A DNA stretch of 63,173 nt from positions 1-63,173 of the forward strand of contig JAFUYI010000006.1 in assembly GCA_017470585.1 (NCBI GenBank), read 5' to 3'. Both the position numbers and the translations under genes were made by a program. Of the stretch, positions 59,073-63,173 are shown one piece after another (positions within the stretch are counted from its first letter, which is position 1; every line of letters begins with the position of its first letter). The notes under the pieces are model-generated. The model was not told the origin of the DNA. It searched no databases and was given only the letters and a program-made list of their open reading frames with translations. The stretch is from Alphaproteobacteria bacterium (GTDB taxonomy: Bacteria; Pseudomonadota; Alphaproteobacteria; RF32; CAG-239).

Positions 59073-62000
59073 ACTTCTGTTTAGACTGTTATTGCTGCTC
59101 TCTGCTCTGCCGTTGGTTGCACACGCGGAAGATGATACTGCCGTGCAGCCGCAGCAGGCGGAACCCGAGGCTGCGCCTCAAGAGATTGACAACTATGTTC
59201 CCGAAGATGAGGAGTTGATTTTTGAAACTTCGACTCAAGGTTACATGGAGGAAGATTATCTCTATGCGTACAACCAAAAAGGAAAGGTCTTTTTGCCTTT
59301 TTCACAGGTGTCGGCTTTTCTGGGTATTATGTATGATCAACAAAATAAGGTGCTTACCGCTTGGTACAGCAATGAACCTGCGCATAAGTACATCATTGAT
59401 CTCAATACCTACACCGCCAGTGATGACGGTAAGCCGGTCGCTTTTTCGGCATCGGACTATAAGTTCATTGAAGGAACAATGTTCTTCGATGTTAATTTTA
59501 TTTCGACATTGTTCGGATTTGAGACCAAGTACGACTTCTATGATATGAAGATTTCCTTTGACCGTGAACGCGAATTTCCGACCATGGTTAAACGTAATGC
59601 CGATGCTCGCCGTCAGAAGAGCCGAGGCGTTCAGTTCGCCGACCGCAGTTATAAGGACTACGAAAAAGATGAACGTTGGATCGGTTCTCCGGTGATTGAC
59701 TTGCAAGTCGGTAAAAACTGGTCGCATAACAAAGGCGGAAAAACCACCAATAGTGATAACTATGCGGTTAACATTTCAACCATTGCCGCCGGTGTCGATG
59801 TCAACAGCTATATTTCCGGATCTTCATCCGACGGACATAAACCTCGTTTCCGTTTTAACGGCGGACGTACGTTGCTTGATGACGGTGACACACCGCTGAA
59901 TTTGCGTCAATATAAGTTCGGTGATATTACCGGTATCGGCAGTTCTTACTTTACGGATGCCAGCTACGGACGCGGTGCCAGCTTCTCGAGCTTTAAAAAC
60001 TTGGTTTTGAGTGCGGATAAGACAATTGACATTGTCGGTCCCTTGGCGGAAGGATGGGAAGTTGAGCTGTATTGGAACGGGCAGTTGTTAGGTTATCGTC
60101 AAAACAGCATTAACGGCGAATATAACTTTGCTAAAATCCCTGTTTCCTACGGGTTGAACACATTTAAACTTGTTTTCTACGGTCCGTACGGTGAAGTCCG
60201 CACCGAAGAAAAACGTTACTACTCCGGTACTTCTCCGGTTCACAAGGGCGAGTTCGGCTATAATGTTGCCGCTTATCAGCCTTGGCGTTATTTGGTTGAA
60301 GAAAATGAGCCCAATACCTATGACGGCAAAGATATTCCTGTTTTAGACAGTACATTCTATTACGGTGCCACCGATGACTTGACGGTTATGGGCGGATATA
60401 CGCAAACTCCGGATGCCGAAACCAAAGAAGATACCCAGCATTTCGGTATGGCAGGTTTCCAATACGCCATCAAAGGTAGTTCGGTTCAATATAACTTGGA
60501 AACTAACCTTGATACCGAAAAGAGCGGACACCATGTTGAGTGGCAGGGTGATGTTTACATCGGAACGGTTTACGCTTCGTATGATAAATACAATTCTGTT
60601 CATTCGCCTGTATCATATTCCGGTAACGAGTACTTAAAAGACAAGACCGAGTTCCGTTTCAGCGGAAGCACTCCGTGGGCTTTGCCTTATTATGTAAGTT
60701 ACCGCACCGGAAAGAAAGAAAGCGGTGATGAAACTTACAAAGACATCGTTGCTCGTGTTTCCAAGAGCTTGGAGGGATGGTATCTCTCCTTGGAGGACAC
60801 TTATGATGCTCTGAATTACCGCAATGTTATCAGTCCGCGTGTTTATAATCACTGGGGCAACTTCTCTTGGGAAAACTCTCTTGAATATCGTTCCAACCCG
60901 GATCCGGATTTCACGGATTTTACTTCCAAGCTGACATGGCGTGAAGACCGCTATACTTATTATACAGCGCAATATCGCCGTGATTTGGAAGAAGATATGG
61001 ATTATTATTCGCTTTCCGGAGCGAGAATCTTCCCGTTCGGCGGTCTGTCTTTGACATTGCAGATGGATAAAAAGAAAAACTTCTCCAGTTATTTAACTTA
61101 TAATATCAGCTTTGCCAAAGAGCCTGGTCATGCCAATGTTATCACTTCGGCTAACTCCAAGTTGAGCGGCACGGGTTCAATCTATGTAACCTTGCACGAT
61201 GATGAGGGCAATCCTTTAGAGGGTGTCGGTTTGACAGCCAGCAACTTGGTTAAGGAAGTTTACACCGATGAAAACGGTGCGGCGTTCTTGACCGACTTGA
61301 GTGCTAATGAAAAGACCATTTTGACGGTTGATATGGAAACTTTGGAGGATGTATCCTTAAAGCCTGATGCCGAAGTTAAGAAATTGGTTTTGCGCCCCGG
61401 CACACTGCGTGAGATTGATATTTCATTCAGTCACTATGCGTCGGTTGAAGGACAAATTGCTAACCCGCACGGCAAACGCCTGTATGGTTACAAAGTTGCC
61501 GCTGTTGATGCGGAAGGCAACGAAGTTACTTCTAACTTCTCGGATTTGGAAGGTTACTTCATTGTCAGTGATGTTCCTTACGGTACTTATGACTTTATTG
61601 TTTCGAAGGACGGTAAGACCTTGGCGGAAATCAAGGATGTTAAGGTTGATGACATTGAAATTGCGCTTGATGATGTTTACACCAAAGAGGCAATGCGTCC
61701 CGGCAGCGGTATAGAAGCAGGAGCTTTGTTCGAGTCGGATGAAAGCGAGAACTACCTCACTACGACCAACCCGGATGAGGAAGAGGAAAATTCTGCGGCA
61801 GATGAAGATAATGCCAAAGAAGATAAGAGTACCTCTAACGACAGCTTCTATGATTATTGGCTCGGACACAATCAATGGAATATGGCGGAAAATAGAGACA
61901 CCGCTCCCGTAATCGGACAGACCCCGTATGTTGGACAATGCCTGCGCGAACCGAAAATGGTATCACAGCAAATCGGCATTACTCCGATCAACTTTGCCGA

Positions 62001-62376
62001 GGTTTACCAAAACAACGGCAAATGGCTCAAGTCTGCATCACGCAGTGCACCGGCAAAATGGATCGACGCACAGCGTTTGACACCGGCACGTTGGATAAAT
62101 GCTTATCGCTATACTCCGGCTCTGTGGATACACGCCGATCGCGAAACATCGGCTCGTTGGATAAATGCTTACCGTTATACTCCGGCGAGATGGATCAACG
62201 CTTTCCGTTACGCTCCGGCAGCATGGATTCATGCTTATCGCTATGCACCGGCAACATGGATTCAGGCGTACCGCTACGCACCTGCGGCATGGATACACGC
62301 CTACCGCTTTGCGCCGGCTCGTTGGATAAATGCGGATGCCGAGACCAAATCGGTTAAACGTCCGACCAAGGCATAA
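59032..62376 (+). CDS. Large outer-membrane usher-like protein with CarboxypepD_reg-like domains and a C-terminal 11-aa repeat array
   Basis: 1114 aa from the ATG at 59032. Signal peptide LLFRLLLLLSALPLVAHA. The Tyr/Gly-rich central part looks like a beta-barrel. Two segments resemble carboxypeptidase-regulatory-like domains (GSIYVTLHDDEGNPLEGV.., GQIANPHGKRLYGYKV..). The position after the chaperone gene supports an usher role. Confidence 0.6.
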   Translation: MQLQRKKSCRNKSKLLFRLLLLLSALPLVAHAEDDTAVQPQQAEPEAAPQEIDNYVPEDEELIFETSTQGYMEEDYLYAYNQKGKVFLPFSQVSAFLGIMYDQQNKVLTAWYSNEPAHKYIIDLNTYTASDDGKPVAFSASDYKFIEGTMFFDVNFISTLFGFETKYDFYDMKISFDREREFPTMVKRNADARRQKSRGVQFADRSYKDYEKDERWIGSPVIDLQVGKNWSHNKGGKTTNSDNYAVNISTIAAGVDVNSYISGSSSDGHKPRFRFNGGRTLLDDGDTPLNLRQYKFGDITGIGSSYFTDASYGRGASFSSFKNLVLSADKTIDIVGPLAEGWEVELYWNGQLLGYRQNSINGEYNFAKIPVSYGLNTFKLVFYGPYGEVRTEEKRYYSGTSPVHKGEFGYNVAAYQPWRYLVEENEPNTYDGKDIPVLDSTFYYGATDDLTVMGGYTQTPDAETKEDTQHFGMAGFQYAIKGSSVQYNLETNLDTEKSGHHVEWQGDVYIGTVYASYDKYNSVHSPVSYSGNEYLKDKTEFRFSGSTPWALPYYVSYRTGKKESGDETYKDIVARVSKSLEGWYLSLEDTYDALNYRNVISPRVYNHWGNFSWENSLEYRSNPDPDFTDFTSKLTWREDRYTYYTAQYRRDLEEDMDYYSLSGARIFPFGGLSLTLQMDKKKNFSSYLTYNISFAKEPGHANVITSANSKLSGTGSIYVTLHDDEGNPLEGVGLTASNLVKEVYTDENGAAFLTDLSANEKTILTVDMETLEDVSLKPDAEVKKLVLRPGTLREIDISFSHYASVEGQIANPHGKRLYGYKVAAVDAEGNEVTSNFSDLEGYFIVSDVPYGTYDFIVSKDGKTLAEIKDVKVDDIEIALDDVYTKEAMRPGSGIEAGALFESDESENYLTTTNPDEEEENSAADEDNAKEDKSTSNDSFYDYWLGHNQWNMAENRDTAPVIGQTPYVGQCLREPKMVSQQIGITPINFAEVYQNNGKWLKSASRSAPAKWIDAQRLTPARWINAYRYTPALWIHADRETSARWINAYRYTPARWINAFRYAPAAWIHAYRYAPATWIQAYRYAPAAWIHAYRFAPARWINADAETKSVKRPTKA
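62053..62349 (+). repeat. Nine in-frame 33-bp tandem repeats (consensus A-x-W-I-x-A-Y-R-Y-x-P)
   Basis: AKWIDAQRLTP ARWINAYRYTP ALWIHADRETS ARWINAYRYTP ARWINAFRYAP AAWIHAYRYAP ATWIQAYRYAP AAWIHAYRFAP ARWINADAETK. Confidence 0.95.
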
Positions 62377-62395
62377 GTTCTTGTGTTAATATCAG

Positions 62396-62423
62396 ACCCC
62401 TCGGAAAAATCCGAGGGGTTTTG
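62396..62423. terminator. Intrinsic terminator between the usher-like gene and P10
   Basis: ACCCCTCGG-AAAAAT-CCGAGGGGT followed by TTTG. Confidence 0.85.
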
Positions 62424-62454
62424 ATTATATAGAATTTATCACAGCTGATGTTTT

Positions 62455-63000
62455 TTAGCTTTCCGGAGTGTAAGAGATGGTCAAAGTTCCCGAATGCGAA
62501 CCGGGGGTAACTTTGGAAATTTTTCCCTCTAATATAGTGCAATCATAGCAACGTACCTCAAAGCCGTTTTCTGATCCACTGTATTTTAAAGCAAAGTTAC
62601 ATATACTAGTATTATCACTTCCTCCGAAAATATTAAGAATACCATTAGAACCATCATTTCCTTCAACCTTTAATCCTCCGCAATAATCAATTGGCGCATC
62701 GCAAGCTGACGGATTGGGGATATTAGCAGTAAAAGTGCCGATAGTTGCATTATCTGCTGTGACAAGGGCATCTCCATAGTCAACACTGGGTACACCAGAA
62801 TCGTTGTAACTCCATTCTGTTTCTTCGGTTGCTGACGGGTTAATGGTAATAGTTCCAAGGCTTATATCGCCGGTTTTGGTCAAACTCACATCATGAGCAA
62901 TCGTTGCCGTCACGGTCATTGTGGCGGAATTGCCTGCGTATGCGCAATAACTGCCTATGGAAACCGCGGCAATGCCGAGCATTAAAATATAATTTTTCAT
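62455..63000 (-). CDS. Secreted DUF4402-like protein, paralog P10
   Basis: 181 aa. Same N-terminal strand, GTITINP, CDAPIDYCGGL, ..GTLTISYTPES. Confidence 0.92.
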   Translation of the reverse strand: MKNYILMLGIAAVSIGSYCAYAGNSATMTVTATIAHDVSLTKTGDISLGTITINPSATEETEWSYNDSGVPSVDYGDALVTADNATIGTFTANIPNPSACDAPIDYCGGLKVEGNDGSNGILNIFGGSDNTSICNFALKYSGSENGFEVRCYDCTILEGKISKVTPGSHSGTLTISYTPES

Positions 63001-63173
63001 ATTAAAAACTTCCTTCTTTTATTAACGTCATAAAGAAAAACCACCTTTTGGGACGTATCCCGCGAGGTGGTCGGAAGCTCTAAACTGACACTTGAATCAG
63101 TGCAAAGTATTTGAGGTATCTCTTATTCCTTTGCCTTCCGGCCATTATAGCAGGAAGAATTTTTACGTTTTTC
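63001..63173 (-). promoter_or_regulatory. Structured 5' leader, copy L10 (its 5' part is cut off by the window edge)
   Basis: Contains P2 (..AAACGT), P3, P4 (GCAAA/TTTGC, identical to L4), 3' P1 arms ..TTCAAGTG..GTTTAGAG, then CTTCCGACCACCTC and the terminator. Confidence 0.7.
63032..63071 (-). terminator. Intrinsic terminator (attenuator) inside leader L10
   Basis: RNA ACCACCT/AGGTGGT stem followed by TTTTTCTTT. Confidence 0.7.

Overview
This is a 63.2 kb, moderately AT-rich chromosomal segment. Its housekeeping gene set looks alphaproteobacterial. It includes bamE, fmt-def, nusB-nrdR-murF, sufB-(small ORF)-sufC-sufD-sufS-sufT, htpG, a CcrM-type methyltransferase with a RelB/YafQ toxin-antitoxin pair, rne, gyrA, rpsA, murI, hslVU, hemW, a compacted mraY-ftsW-murG-murB-ftsQ-ftsA-ftsZ cluster and an RND efflux operon.

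The main finding is ten monocistronic cassettes scattered between these core genes, about one per 6 kb. Each cassette has five parts:
- a conserved sigma70-like promoter;
- a 215-235 nt highly structured 5' leader that ends in an intrinsic terminator;
- a Shine-Dalgarno (SD) site, AAGGAAGT;
- an ORF for a 156-184 aa secreted protein with a near-invariant mature N-terminus (GNSATMTVTATIAHDVS) and a DUF4402-like or pilin-like C-terminus (..TLTISYTPS);
- its own terminator.

The ten leader copies (one cut off by the window edge) show compensatory base changes in at least five helices. The long closing helix has a different sequence in every copy but stays complementary. I could not match the leader to any riboswitch or leader class I know, so I treat it as a candidate undescribed cis-regulatory RNA.

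At the right end (57.3-62.4 kb) is a chaperone/usher-like locus: a tandem DUF4402-like protein, a PapD-like chaperone, and a 1114 aa outer-membrane protein that ends in nine 11-aa tandem repeats. It is the obvious candidate assembly machinery for the dispersed paralogs.

Other observations:
- a GIY-YIG and palindromic-repeat insertion inside the suf operon, flanked by 28-bp direct repeats;
- ~95-bp inverted repeats bracketing ccrM and the toxin-antitoxin pair;
- a Cys/His-rich insert in SufD;
- a candidate small RNA.

Everything here comes from reading the sequence and the ORF translations. No database, HMM or folding run was done, so family names are pattern-recognition calls.
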